DNA of 64,000 nt, taken from Gordius albopunctatus (Eukaryota). The notes under the pieces are model-generated. The model worked only from the letters and a program-made list of their open reading frames with translations, was not told where the DNA came from and did not search any database. This document shows, one piece after another, positions 48,704 through 62,508 of the stretch (position 1 is the stretch's first letter; each line of letters starts with the position of its first letter). The stretch spans positions 15,500,001-15,564,000 of the forward strand of contig OZ193909.1 of NCBI GenBank assembly GCA_964276515.1, written 5' to 3'. Both the position numbers and the translations under genes were made by a program.

Positions 48704-49856
48704 GGTCCACTTTGTTTAAAATCAATCAGGAAAATAAATTTGAAATTTATCTATATTTTTTATTAAAGAATTCTTTGCTGATAAATAAATAAATGGGTAA
48801 AGTTAAGTTTAATAGGTCTAACAAACGAATGGTGTTAATTAATATAACTCTCATACTATTATGTTATAGTGATGGTAGTGCGCACAGTTAATTTTATCAA
48901 AAGTTAAATGCTTTTAGGTCAAAGTTAATTAATTTTATAGAATGAACCAAGCCAAGTATACTTAAAAACATAAAATTAAAATTATTATTTCTTTTTCTTG
49001 AGTGAAAACTTAATAAAATACTTAGCATATAATCTTATAAAAGGAGTAATGTTAAACAAAATTCAATTTGATATTTATTTAGGTAAACTTTTCAATTAAT
49101 AAAAAGATATTATTCAAAATAAAATCAAGAAATAAAATTTGCGATAACAAATTTTTAAACCATATATTATTAAAAATTGAGAATAAACTATAAGCAACAT
49201 AACGAATAAATTATATAATTTTTCCCACTTTCAAACTTTTAAAAATTAATTATTACTATTTCTTATAAATTTGTATTATTTGAGAACTTATTACAAAGTG
49301 ACGATAATATTCAATTTTCTTAGGTCAATTCTTATTTAGAAATGGGCAAATTTACAAGGCAAAATAAATACTATAACTTTTTAATTTGTATAACAAGATA
49401 ATTTATTTGCTCCACATACTAAATTTCTTGACAATTTACCAGATAATTTTCCTGCTTTTATATTTTTAAGAATTTTGTTGTCAGGTTTTTATTTTATTTT
49501 AATTTTTTAACTTTTACGCATGCTTGGATTCTGCCACTAAAGTTTGAACGCGACAAAATAATTATAATTTCACAAACAAAATATAAAAAATTTGTCAAAA
49601 AAAATATAAAAACAAAAAATTTAGTTATATTACTTCAATCTGTTTCAATTGAGCTCGTTCCGCCCGATTTTCTATCTATCGTGTTGTCAATGTATTCTTC
49701 CGCAAACAGATATTTTTTTAGAGAATGAAACACAAGACATACAAATTTAAAGACTAAATTGAAACAAAAACAGAGAAATATTGAGTAAAATTAAATATAA
49801 AACATAAAATTATATACATTTGTAGAACATTTAAAATAAATTTAAAGATAAATATT

Positions 49857-50347
49857 TTTCACGTCAATTATTATTATTATATGACGGTCGTGTCGTGTCC
49901 CCTCCTGCGTGGCTAAATAAATTAAAAAATCTAATTTTGTCATTTTTTGCGCGTTAAATAAGGAGAAAAATGAAAATACAATTAACAAAGTGCCAATAAA
50001 TGTTGATATATCTCAGTTCTTCGGACATTATTAAGTTCAGAATTAAAAGTTTTATTCAGAAACAAATAATTATGATATTGTTTCTTAATTACAAAAAAAT
50101 ATAAAAAAAATTGCTTGAAGAGTCAGGGGGCCAAAGTTTTTTCCCTTTGGGGGGGGGGGGGGCATGGGGCCAATTTTTATCTCTTGGGTGGGCCTGGACC
50201 TTGGACCCTCTTTAACTATTTGTTTGAAAATTATCAAACTTTATTTTTACTTCAATAACCGCTTTATCATCATGTATGCCCTAAAATTCCAACATAATTT
50301 AATACACCCGGGTAAATGCCAAAACAACGTTTGCCGGGTTCATCTAG
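49857..50347 (+). mobile_element. 3' half of the Helitron family seen at 17708-18692
   Basis: Reverse-complement match to ~17708-18280; ends ...GTTTGCCGGGTTCATCTAG|T. Confidence 0.7.
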
Positions 50348-51327
50348 TTATTAATATTTTGTTTTTTTGATAGTTAAAAACGTTTTTTGTTTATTTTAAC
50401 TCTTGAGATTAAATCTAAACTTCGCTGATACATAAAAATTTAAAAAAATACAACATTTAAGCGTATGAAAAAATTTGCATCTTACAAAAATTATAGGGGG
50501 GCAATAATGATTTAGGGAGGGGCAAAATGATCATAATTTGAAAATTTAGCCATAATTTTAATACATTTTAACAAATTTTTGAGTTTAGAGGGGGGCAGCT
50601 GCCCCTTCCTGCCCCCCCCCCCTTGTCTACGCCCATGGCAGTTTAAATCGTTGTGATTTTATTCTTTTATAATATAATCTGAAAATTAAAAATTTTTGAT
50701 CTTGAGACAAACCAGTTAAACTAATTTATTCGAAATAAAATTTAATTTTGAAGAAATTGAAATTAGGACATTATATAAACGTACAATGAAGATTTAAGCG
50801 ATGAAAAAAAATCTAGTCAAATTTATTATGGCCCAAAATTGTTTATAAGCGAATTTTTCTTTTTTCAAGGAAAATTAATTTGATAAAATTTTGGGCATGC
50901 CCGAATTGCCCGAATCTTATCAGTGTGCCCGCCCGTGCCCGCCCGAAAATTAAAATTTAAGGCAGTGGGCCGGGCCGGGCGGGCCGGGCATTTCTGGTCT
51001 CTGATGCAAATCTGCCGTGAATTCGAAGTTAAGACGCGGCTATGTTATAACTCGTAGGACGATTTTTGCTGCGCAGCAAAATCCGATATTAAGACAAGCC
51101 CTTATGTGTAAATTTCTAACGAATCTTAACTTGCTGAGATTCGAAAATTTGAATCGAATCTTAAAAAAAAGATTCGAATAATCATTTAACTTTATTTTAA
51201 ATAGACGAGACTCATAAAATACAGCTGTTTTCAACTTACCGCAATTTAGTTATAGTTCCCCCTATCATTTTTTTTACTTAGTAAACATAAACACACCTAT
51301 TTAAATTCCATTTTAATATTTAATAAA

Positions 51328-53599
51328 TAAAACTCGGGCCTTCGGCCCTCGTGGTAAGGGGAAGGGGGCAATGGGAGTAGGGGAAGGGAAGGGGGAACTC
51401 TTCTATACTCCGTATAAAAGTAGCCCATTTGCTATGCAATTTATGGGCGAGAAAGGTGGGAAGGGGCGAGAATCTCCATAGGGGGGGGGGGGGTATTAAA
51501 TGCAAAGGTTATTTTGCATTAATATAGTGAATTAATATCATTTCTCAAATCTATAATGAAAAATATAATATTAATCAAATGTAACGTTTAAATGTATATA
51601 TCGCTCGCACCCAGCAAATAAGCTTGGTTTGGCGCAAATATTACTTGTATATTTATTAAGCCCTAATCATGCTTTCAAGCATGTAATGGCTGCAACCCCC
51701 TCGACAGATAATTTAAGAAATATAAATTATTATGACAAATGGGGGGGGGGCCGCTAAAAAATTATAAAATATTTGGGGGGGGGAGGTCGCGTGTATAAAA
51801 AGGTTAAGAACCACTGATTTAAAACACTTCAGCAATAGGCGTTTTTTGATCACCAAATATTCAAGAAATTGGTTTCGTATTTTATAATGATTTTGGGAGA
51901 AGCATTTTGAAATTTGAGCCTTTACTTAAAAACAATATGGCCTCATTTTTCCATTGGTCAGTATCAAGAGACGGTCTATAAATACATACGAGTTAAAAAA
52001 ACGACAAAAAAATTTCGATCACAATTTGGCCAATGGTCATTTTTCCATTGGTAAGTAGCCAGCGGAAGGTCAAAAAGTCATAGTATCAATAGTATTAACA
52101 AGAAAAATAAATATTAAAATTTAATTTACAAAAAGTCATATTATCAATGGTATTAACAAGAACAAAATATTAATTTAATTTAAAAAAAATAGAGGCATAG
52201 GCCTTTGTAGGGGAGGGCATAGGGTAATTATCAATGTTAACCTATTCAAAAACGAAAAATTTGGATTTATTTGGCCGATGGTCATTTTTTTATTGGTCAG
52301 TAGCCTGCGGACGGTCAAAAAGTCATATTATCCATGGTATTAACAAGAAGATAATATTAATTTAATTTAAAAAAATAAAAATTTTTTGTCCTCTCCGGGT
52401 CTCGACCCCCAAACTGCAAGTCAGTAAGCTGTTGGCTATAACCACTCATACCATGCTGGTATTAAATTGTAGAAATTTTTATGTTATTTATATAGATAAT
52501 GAAATAATAAAGTTTTGTTTTATGTTTATTATATAATAAAATTAAACAATAATAGAAAATCAATATATTATAGATAATTTAACAAAAATTGAGGGATTCA
52601 GTTTGTGCAGCATAATACTTCTCTAAATCTTTAACGAATTTTGGGTGAACCGCAAATTTTTTGTCAAAAAACATTTTGGGGACCCAAGCAATTGTAGTAG
52701 ATGCTTCGTAATCTTTCAAATCCTTAAAATCTTGATGCATCTCTGAGGGGGGGGGGGAGAATGTCGACGTTTCAGATCATTACAACGGTCTATAAATACA
52801 TACGAGTCAAAAAAAATTTTTGATTCACATTTTGGCCAATGGTCATTTTTTTCCATTGGTCATTACTAAAAGATATTCTATAAGTCAATGATAGCCAAAA
52901 AAAACGGGGAAAAAATTTTTGATGCTCACTTTGGCCAATGGTCATTTTTTCCATTGGTCAGCAGCCAGCGGACGGCCAAAAAGTCATATTATCAATGGTA
53001 TTAACAGGAACAATCATAAGAGTCAAAAAAAAACGGAAAAAAAATTTCGATTCACAATTTGGCCAATGGTCATTTTTCCCATCGGTCAGGAGCCAACGGA
53101 CGGCCAAAAAGTCATATTATCAATGGTATTAACAAGAACAAAATATTAATTTAATTTAAAAAAAATAAAAATTTTTGTCCTCTCCGGGTCTCGATCCATA
53201 AATTGAGAACGTTCGCCGGGATTCAAACCCACATTAAATAGAGGCATAAGCCTTTGGAGGGGAACAGGGAACCATATCAATAGAGGCATAGGCCCTTGTA
53301 GGGGTGGGCATAGGGTAATTATCAATGTTAAACTATTCAAAAAAGAAAAATTAAAAATTTCGATTTATTCGGCCAGTGGTCATTTTTTTCATTGGTCAGT
53401 AGCCTGCGGACGGTCAAAAAGACATATTATCAATGGCATTAACAAGAACAAAATATTAATTTAATTTAATTAAAAAAAAAATTTGTCCTATCCTGGTCTC
53501 GATCCCCAACCTTGCAAGTCGGGAAGCTGGTGTAAATAACTTGGTGGACGACGGACGGACGGACAACAAAAAACGAGCCCATAAATTGCATAGCAATTA
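51328..53599 (-). mobile_element. Second HINE/DINE-1-like element, same family as 39459-41040
   Basis: Same subTIRs (53579-53596 vs 51429-51446), (GTCC)n, 3' hairpin at ~51336-51348 and internal repeats; longer through additional inserts. Confidence 0.7.
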
Positions 53600-54525
53600 A
53601 TAATGTCCAATGCTATTGTCCATATTTGTTTTTTGTTTAATATATTTTTAAATAAAATTTTTGAAATGTATTTGTAGTGTTTTATAAAAATCTATCGAGT
53701 TAGAATATTTAAATTTCTTTCGAATCGAATCCAAATCTTCAGTTTATTATTCGACGAATATCGATCGAATCTAAGATTCGAAATCCACAGGCGTAAAATA
53801 CTAAAAATCGCATTAATATAATATATTTTAAAAAATATACTCATAAAAAGACAAAAATTGAAAATAAAAATATTAAAGGCGAACAAATTGGTAAAATATC
53901 GATGTGGCCAGTTTTTGTTTGCTATATAAAAAAAACTTTCACAATTATCACAGGTAGCATTATTCGACAATTCATTATATGTGAAATGGTCCCAAACTAT
54001 TAAAAAATTTTCTATTCCGTTCAAATTATATTATTTTTAGTTTAATAATAACATATATGTTAAAGTATAAAGGATAAGTAAAAAAGTAATATAAAACATT
54101 AAATAACGATTAACAATGTTAGAGAAAATAGTGACATTTTTTGCAAGTTGAAACTTATATTATATGCAAAAAACAATTTTTTAATATATTTTGTGTATGT
54201 TATGAAATTTAAAATTTTTGATAGTGAAAATAACTAATTTGCGGGAAGTTAAAAACAGCTTAATTATACTAGTCTGTCTGGTATACTTAAATTAAATTTA
54301 AAGTATATAATTTTTCGAATCCTATAGATTCAAGTAAATATTCAAATCCTAATTTATACATAGGGATTCCGTCGAATCAGAACCGAGTCAAGAATATTTC
54401 CTAGAGACTTAACACAAAATATTATATTTGAAGACAGAAATAAATTTATTTTTGGCATTTGTAAAGACTCTGCTATTTACGAAGGATAAAAGTTGAATGT
54501 TAGGCAAACTACTAGGAGGGAGAAG

Positions 54526-57500
54526 TGTGGGGTTTTAGACATTGACGACATCAAGTAACCAATTGACCACTTTGCTACTTTGAATCCTATTCATCCACCC
54601 ATTTAAAATTCTAGGATAAAACTTTCTCAATCACATCACCGCGCAAGATATTACAACTCACACTATTGAATATTCTATCATACCAAATCTCGCTCATATT
54701 CTATTTCATTGTTAATTGATATTTGTCCTTATTGTGTGTGTGAAAATAAATGTCTTACAACCATTATATTGGCGACCTGAAACGTGATGGAAACAAACAC
54801 AACAATCCCAGACTCCAATGAACCAAGAGAAAGCGCAGTTCATGTGAATTCCATCCTAAAAATGTACGCATATGGTTGTCACAAGTAGAAGCTGTGTTTA
54901 ATACACACAACATATCCTCGCAAAAGACTAAGTATTCCTACCTAGTCGAATCGCTACCTCCAGAAGTCGCGGAAGAGGTGGCAGACCTCATATTTGTGGT
55001 TCCAGAATATGTCCTTTACGACAAACTGAAGGAAGCAATCGTGAAAAGACTAGGAGACAGTGACGAGAAGAGAATAAGGAATTTATTCTCTGAGATATTC
55101 CTTGGAGACCGCACCCCCTCCCAGTTGGTAAAATACTCTAAATCTCGTTTAGGTAATAATGTAATGGACGAAAAGATCCTAAAAAGCCTTTGGATGGACA
55201 AGCTACCCCAACATGTTGTAACCATTTTGGCTACTATTGGAGATGATCAATCACTAGATCGTATCGAAGACGTTGCTGATAGTATTCACGAAACTTTCAG
55301 AGTCAGCAGCTTGGCATCAGTAGCTACTCCCTATAACCTTATTCCCAATAACATTATTCCCAACATTCTTATCCCCAATATTCCTATTCCCAACATTCAA
55401 ACAAACGAAGTGCAGGAACTTATCAAAGCAGGATCACAATTAGAACCCAGACTAAATCCATTAATAGGTCATCCTAACGGCAGTAGAACGACATGGAGAA
55501 GGTCAAGCAGATCTAGGTCATCATCCAGACAACGCCCAACTAACATATGTTGATACCATTATAAATTCGGAAAGGAAGCGAAGAATTGCATGCAGCCATG
55601 CAATTTAACCCCAACAACCATTTAGGCGACTATCGGAAATTGCCGTACTTTCAACCGCCTATTCTATTTATTCGACCGGTCCACCAAAAGGAAATACCTC
55701 GTCGATACGGAAGCTGAAGTTAGCGTAATCCCACCCCCTACAAAAAATCCATTGATCCCGTATGGCCCAATTCTACAAGCGGCTAACCAAAACAGCATCC
55801 ACACATACGGACAAGTCGTATTGAGTTTACACCTTGGCTTGCGACTGGAATTCAAATGGGTATTTTTCGTCGCCGACGTACACATCCCATAATTGGAGCT
55901 GACTTATTACATCACTATAGGTTGGTTGTGGATATTAACAATAAACGACTCATAGGTAGTACTACCCAGCTATCATCCAAAGGCACAACTTTGCAACATC
56001 AGATATTCGGTATCAGTGTAGCACTAAGCAATCACAGCACAAAATTCGATGCAATTCTGTGTAATGTTATAGAATCTGTTTTTATACACGTTATTTATAA
56101 TATTATTGAGATCTATATACCTTGTACATTAACACATTGAATAAAACAATTCTTTATTTAAAGTCCTAATATCACAGTAGTCCTATTATTATAAAGGGTC
56201 GCTGTCTAAAAAAACAAAAATGGACGGAATACCTCAATATAAGGCAGGTGATAACATAAATACATATTTGTTCACTCTCGATAATATATTTGAGTCTAAA
56301 AATGTCCCCAAAGAAACTAGAGCCAAAAATATCTGGTTATATGGGACAGAAAAACGTGGAATTCGAATTACCGATAAACTTTGTTTATCCAAAGAATATA
56401 TCATCACTTGAATATGAAGATTTGATCAAATTGATTAAGAAGGTATTCCAAATGAAATCCACCATATTTCAAGCAAGACTAAACTTTATGAGATGCGTAA
56501 AACAAGTAGATGAATCGTTAAATGTATATGTTACTAGATTAAAAGCCTCTGCTTAGTGCTATAGTTTTAAATTGTTGGATGAACGATTGCGAGATCAATT
56601 TTTTAATGGACTGCATAATACACAATTAGAGCTAAAGGTTATGAGCAAATGGCCAGATGCTGTTAAGCATACGGGACTAGAAATAACATTTAATGATATA
56701 TACAATCTAGATGAATCAATGGAGACAGCTAATAAGGAAGTTAACACATCAAAAGATTTAAACAAAATTCAAAATTATAAAAAATCAAATCCAATGTACT
56801 CAAATCAGAAGAATAGGCAATTAATAAAACAATTTCCTCAAAGAAGGAAGAACATCAACAATCATTCATAAGAAATTGCTATAGATGTGGTAAGTCACAT
56901 GCAATGAAGCAATGTCAGCATTTTTAAAAGAATGTTCCATATGTAATCATAGAGGACACTTTGCAAAAATGTGCAAAACCTCAAACAAAGTAAATCATAT
57001 CATCAATACAGTTTGTGTTAATTATGATATAAACAATTTATATCAAAACAAGCCTTATATAAATTTTATAATCAATAATAAGAAATTCACCATGTTATAT
57101 GACACAGGATCTTGTGTATCTCTGATTAACAACAAAATGTACAAAATTTTGAACACACCAATTTTATGTCCTACTCCTATTTTAAAAGCTTATGGAAATC
57201 ATACAGTACCAATTAATGGAGAAACCTTACTACAGGTATGTTGTAATGATAAAATTATAAATTTACCAACTGTGGTGACAACGGTTGATGAAGAACCTAT
57301 CTTTGGTTTAAATTGGATTCAAGCCTTCAATTTGAAACTTCCAGATCAAGTTAAAATTAAATATATTCAAAATAAACCGATAAATTGTGAAGAGACATTC
57401 ATTGAAAAATATCCAAATGTATTCAATGAAGGAACTGGCTTCATAAAGGATTATGAAGTAGAGATTTTTCTAAAGGAAGAAGCTAATCCAATAGCTTATT

Positions 57501-60500
57501 CAGCCAGGAGAGTTCCTTTTCCAATACGAAAGAAAGTAGAAGATAACTTGCAAGATTGTTGAAAGACGATATTATTGAACCAGTCCATCCTTCAAAAACA
57601 CCAATCCATTGGGCAACACAATAGTTAATGTAATGTAATGAAGTCTAATGGTACAATTAGGATTTGTGGTGATTTTCGTGTCACAATAAATTCTTATTTA
57701 ACCTTAAATAATTACTTACTGCCAACTTTCGATGATCTGATCATGAAGATTGCAGGAGGTCAAAAATATACAGTCATTGATTTACGTGATGCATATTTGC
57801 AGATGAAGGTCGAGGAAAAATCTAGACAATACCTCACAATCGCAACTCATATCGGCTATTTTAGATACAAACGGCTTCCATTTGGATTGTCGATAGCCCC
57901 AAACTTATTTCAACGTTACATGGAAAATTTATTGAATGGTATACCACAAGTAGGTGTTTTATTAGATGATATCATTGTGACTGGTACAACCGAAGATGAT
58001 CATATAAAGAATTTAAATGAAGTATTACAAAGAATCCAACATGCTGGGATAAAGGCGCGAAAGGAAAAGATAAAATTCTTTCAGACATCCGTAATTTTTT
58101 TGGGTCATAAAATCGATGCATCAGGAATACATCCTACAGAGGAAAGAGTTGAAGCAATAAAGAATTTTAAGATTCCTGCGAACAAGAAAGAACTTCGTTC
58201 TTTTTTAGGGTTGGTAAATTACCAGGAAAGGCTTATACCTCAGTTACATGAAAAATGTACTGAACTACATGCCATAACCGGTTCACTTGTTCAATGGCGT
58301 TGGACAATGAAAGAACAAAAGATTTTTGATGAAGGAAAAAATCTTGTATCAACTAGGGATACAGTGATGCCATATTCCTTGGAGTTGCCACTAATTTTAT
58401 CAATTGATGCATCGTAATCGGGCCTAGGAGCCATATTAACTTATTTATTCCCTGACGGTTGCGAAAAACCCATAGCTTACGCTTCCCGCACCCTAAGTGT
58501 AGCTGAAAAAAGATATTCAACTATTGATCGGGAAGCGAGAGCGATCGTGTATGGCGTTGAGAAGTTTAATCAATATTTACGTGGACGGCAGTTTACCTTG
58601 ATGACTGACCACAAACCACTGGAAAAGGTATTTGGGAAACATCGTGATTTACCCAAAGTGGTGAATAACAGATTAATTTGTTGGGCACTATTCTTGAATG
58701 CGTATCAATATGAAATCAAGTATAGATCTGGGAAGACTAATCAATGTGCGGATGCATTGTCAAGACTTCCAAATCCTAGAGACACGGATACAAAATACAT
58801 TAATAATATAGGATTATTAATGTTGGATGAATTAAAATTAAATCATGAAACATTGAAGAATTGTATCGAGCGTGATTCTCTATGCTCCGAATTAATTTTA
58901 TCAATTAAACGAAAATGGCGTCTCGATAAAAAAACGGCCGATTTGATTTAAAGCCTTATCATCGTAGAGAAGAACTATCCTTCTAGGATGGATTATTATT
59001 CTATAATATTGATATTGCCGGCTCGGTTGAAGGAAATTATTGGCTAGTGTTAATAGATGCGTTATCTAAATGGGTGTAGGTAGCAGTTATATCTTCTATA
59101 ACTGGTTTGAAAATTGTGAGACAATTACGTAATTGGTTTTGCAGGTTAGGAATTCCATCGAAAATAGTATCTGATAATGTACCCCAATTTGTTGGCGGGG
59201 AATTTAGAAATTTTTGTTTGTCAAACAACATACAACACATAACATCAACACCCTATCACCCGAAAACGAATGGATTAGTAGAGAGGATAATAAGAACATT
59301 AAAGTCAAGGTACTGGGCTGGAAGAAAAGGTGGGAGTTATAAGGAAATTTGTCTTTTGCATATCCTTATGGCTTATAGGAACACTCCACAGGCGACAACG
59401 GGTAAAGCACCTTCGGAACTTTTTTTCGGAAGAAGTTTAAGGACAGCATTTGATTTAATTCGGGCGGATCCAAAAGACAAAATGAATCGAAACTTGGCAA
59501 GACAAAAATTTTACCATGATAGGAAGTCGGTAGTTAGGCAATTCGGGGAAGGAGATTTAGTGTGGATTAAAAACGAAATAATTCCAGGTTGGTATAAAGG
59601 AGTGATTAAGGAACGAAAAGGCGAACACTACTATAACGTTCGTACCAATAAAGGAATTCGAAGAAAACATGGAGATCAGTTAAGAACGCGATACATGTCA
59701 ACAATTATAACAACTTCCGATTTTCCGATCGAACAAAATATGGAACCGGAAAAGGAAATTATTGAAGAAGTTCCGTTAAGAAAGCAAATAATTGAAGAGG
59801 TTCCATTAAGGCGATCGACCAGAAAGCGAAATCCTCCGTTACGTTATCCTGAACAGTTTTAGCATTTGAAAGTGGGAAGAAATGTAATGTTATAGAATCT
59901 GTGTTTATACACGTTAGTAATAATATTGAGTTCTATATACCTTGTGTATATGTTGTACATTAACACATGATTATGTTAATTTGAATAAACCAATTCTTTA
60001 TTTTAAGTTCTAATATCGCAGTAGTCCTATTATTATATTCTGCACGAATTTCCGTCACTTATATCCCCTCTAAACTTTAACCGACAGATTCCACCGCACG
60101 ATGTACGACACCACATTCTGAGAAAAGGCTCAGCACAGCACCCACGCCCCAGACGATTGGCGCCCGATAAATTAAGTGCAGCCAAAAAGGAGTTCGAATA
60201 CATGCTGAAACTTGGTATCATCAGAGAGTCAAAAAGTAATTGGGCATCCCCATTATATCTGGCTGCCAAAAAAGTCAGGCGACTGGAGATCGTGTGGGGA
60301 CTATCGCAGTCTGACCAAAGTCACATTGCCTTATCGGTATCCCATTCCTCACATACATGATTTTTCCGTCAACCTCCACAACAAAACAATATTTTGCAAG
60401 CTCGACCTGGTAAGAGCATATCACCACATTCCAATTGAAGCAGGTGACATCAGCAAAACAGCCGTGACAACGCCATTTGGTTTATACGAATTCACTAGAA

Positions 60501-62507
60501 TGCCCTTTGGTCTAAGGAACGCGGCTCAGATATTTTAACGGTTCATATATGAAGTATTAAGAGGATTTGACTATGCCTACGCTTATATCGACAATATACT
60601 TATAGACTGCACCTCGGAAAAAGAACACGAAAATCACTTAAGAACCATTTTACAACGACTACAGGACATTGACCTCCGAATAAGTCCTTTAAAATGCAAG
60701 TTTGGAACTCACGAACTCGAGTTTCTGGAGCATCACATATCAAAAACTGTTATTGCTCCACTAATAGATAAAGTCGAAGCTATCCGCGAATTTCCACTAC
60801 CGGACTCAACAAATAAGCTTCGCAGATTCTTGGGGATGATACATTTTTATCGTAGATTCCTACCCGGAATTCCCCGAACCCTTCAAACTTTAACGGACTT
60901 GTTAAAAAGCCAAAAAAATCTCTAACTTTCAACGACGACCAGATAAAAGCGTTCAAAAAAGAAAAATCAGCTTTAGCAGATTTTACGGCACTTAGTTTCT
61001 TAGCTACAGATCCACGAACAGAAATACGGTTAACTACAGACGCATTGGACTCAGCAGTCGAAGCAGTATTGGAACAGGTAATTTTAGACAAGATAAATCA
61101 AATAGCATTTTATTCGGTCAAGCTGCAACTAACGCAGACGCGATATGGCACTTTCGGCTGGGAGCTTACTGCAATTATTTAGCTATTAAGCACTTTCTCC
61201 ACATTTTAGAGGGTCGAAGTTTCTCCGTGTATACTGACCACAAACCACTAATTTACGCCTTTAACGCTAAACCTGGCCAGTATTCACCTAGAGAAACAAG
61301 ACAATTCGACCTAATATCGCAATTTACAACGGATATTCGATACATCAAAGGTGAAAGTAACACAGTTGCAGACGCGCTCTCTCGGACGGAGGTAGATTCC
61401 ATTAATTTACCTGAAATCCCCAACCTAGAAGAAATTAGTAAGCATTAAAGGACTGACCAAACCCTGAGTAACTTAAAGGAATCATCATCGTTAAAGCTAC
61501 AACTAATTCCTATCCCAGGATCAGAGTGTAAAGTTCTTTGTGATTTTTCAACCACTAAACCCCGACCGGTATTACATGAAACATTCAGAAGGAAGGTTTT
61601 CGATAACTTTCATGCTTTTTCTCACCCTGGCATACGAGCGACAAGCAAACTGATTTCATGAGTGTATGTGTGGCCTTCGATGAAGCAAGACGTTAGAAAT
61701 TTGGCTAAGTGTTGTTTAAAATGCCAACTAAACAAAGTTCATAAAAACACTATAACGATGCCCGGGACTTTCGCACAACCAGACGCAAGATTCTCACACA
61801 TATATGTCGATTTAGTTGGACCACTACCATCTTCAAACGGTTTTACTCACATTTTGACAGATACGATCGTTTCTCGAGATGACCTATTACCGTTCCACTC
61901 AAAGAAATATCTACCGAAGAGATCGCTTCCAAGCTAATCGAAAGTTGTATAGCCAATTACGGTGTCCCAAGTACAATTACTACCGACAGAGGATCTCAAT
62001 TTTAGTCAGGACTATTCAGACAACTCTTCAACACATTAGGATGCAAACATATAAATCCAGTGCCTATCACCCATCCGCCAACGGACTGGTGGAACGCTTC
62101 AACAAAATTAAAGGCATCTTTAAAAGCCACCGAAAAAATCAAATGGAGTGAAGTTCTTCCACTTGTGTTACTTGGTATCCGAGCCACAATCAAGGAAGAT
62201 ATTGGACTAACACCATCCGAACTCGTATATGGAACCATAATAAGACTGCCTGGAGACTATTTTCTACAGCTACCCGAGACCAACCAACAACCCGAAATGG
62301 AACTGCATAACTTTGTAGACAAACTAAGAAAGACAATGATTGCAATACCGTACCGCAACACCACATAAAGACAAAAGAACAGGTTAGTCAAGATCTGTTA
62401 GAAAATTCTCATGTTTTTGTCAGAAACGACGCGGTTCGCAGGCCACTCACCTCACCGTACAACGGACCGTTTAAAGTGTTAAAACGCGAACCAAAATACT
62501 TCGTCTT
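54526..62507 (+). mobile_element. Decayed Gypsy LTR retrotransposon (host of a nested element); 3' LTR absent
   Basis: LTR TGTGGGG from 54526 to ~54768; PBS TGGCGACCTG at 54770; gag ORF 54876-55553; protease YLVDTEAEVS; RT ([25 protein letters not shown]); RNase H (YTDHKPL, ADALSR); integrase (HIYVDLVGPLP, TDRGSQF, NGLVERF). Confidence 0.85.
56060..60037 (+). mobile_element. Nested Gypsy element with both LTRs and a 5-bp TSD
   Basis: LTRs 56060-56193 and 59883-60037 (TGT...ATA); TSD TTCTG (56055-56059, 60038-60042); PPT GAAAGTGGGAAGAAA before the 3' LTR; gag-PR-RT(LLDD)-RH-IN, with stops, frameshifts and an internal deletion near 59000. Confidence 0.92.
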
Positions 62508-62508
62508 C

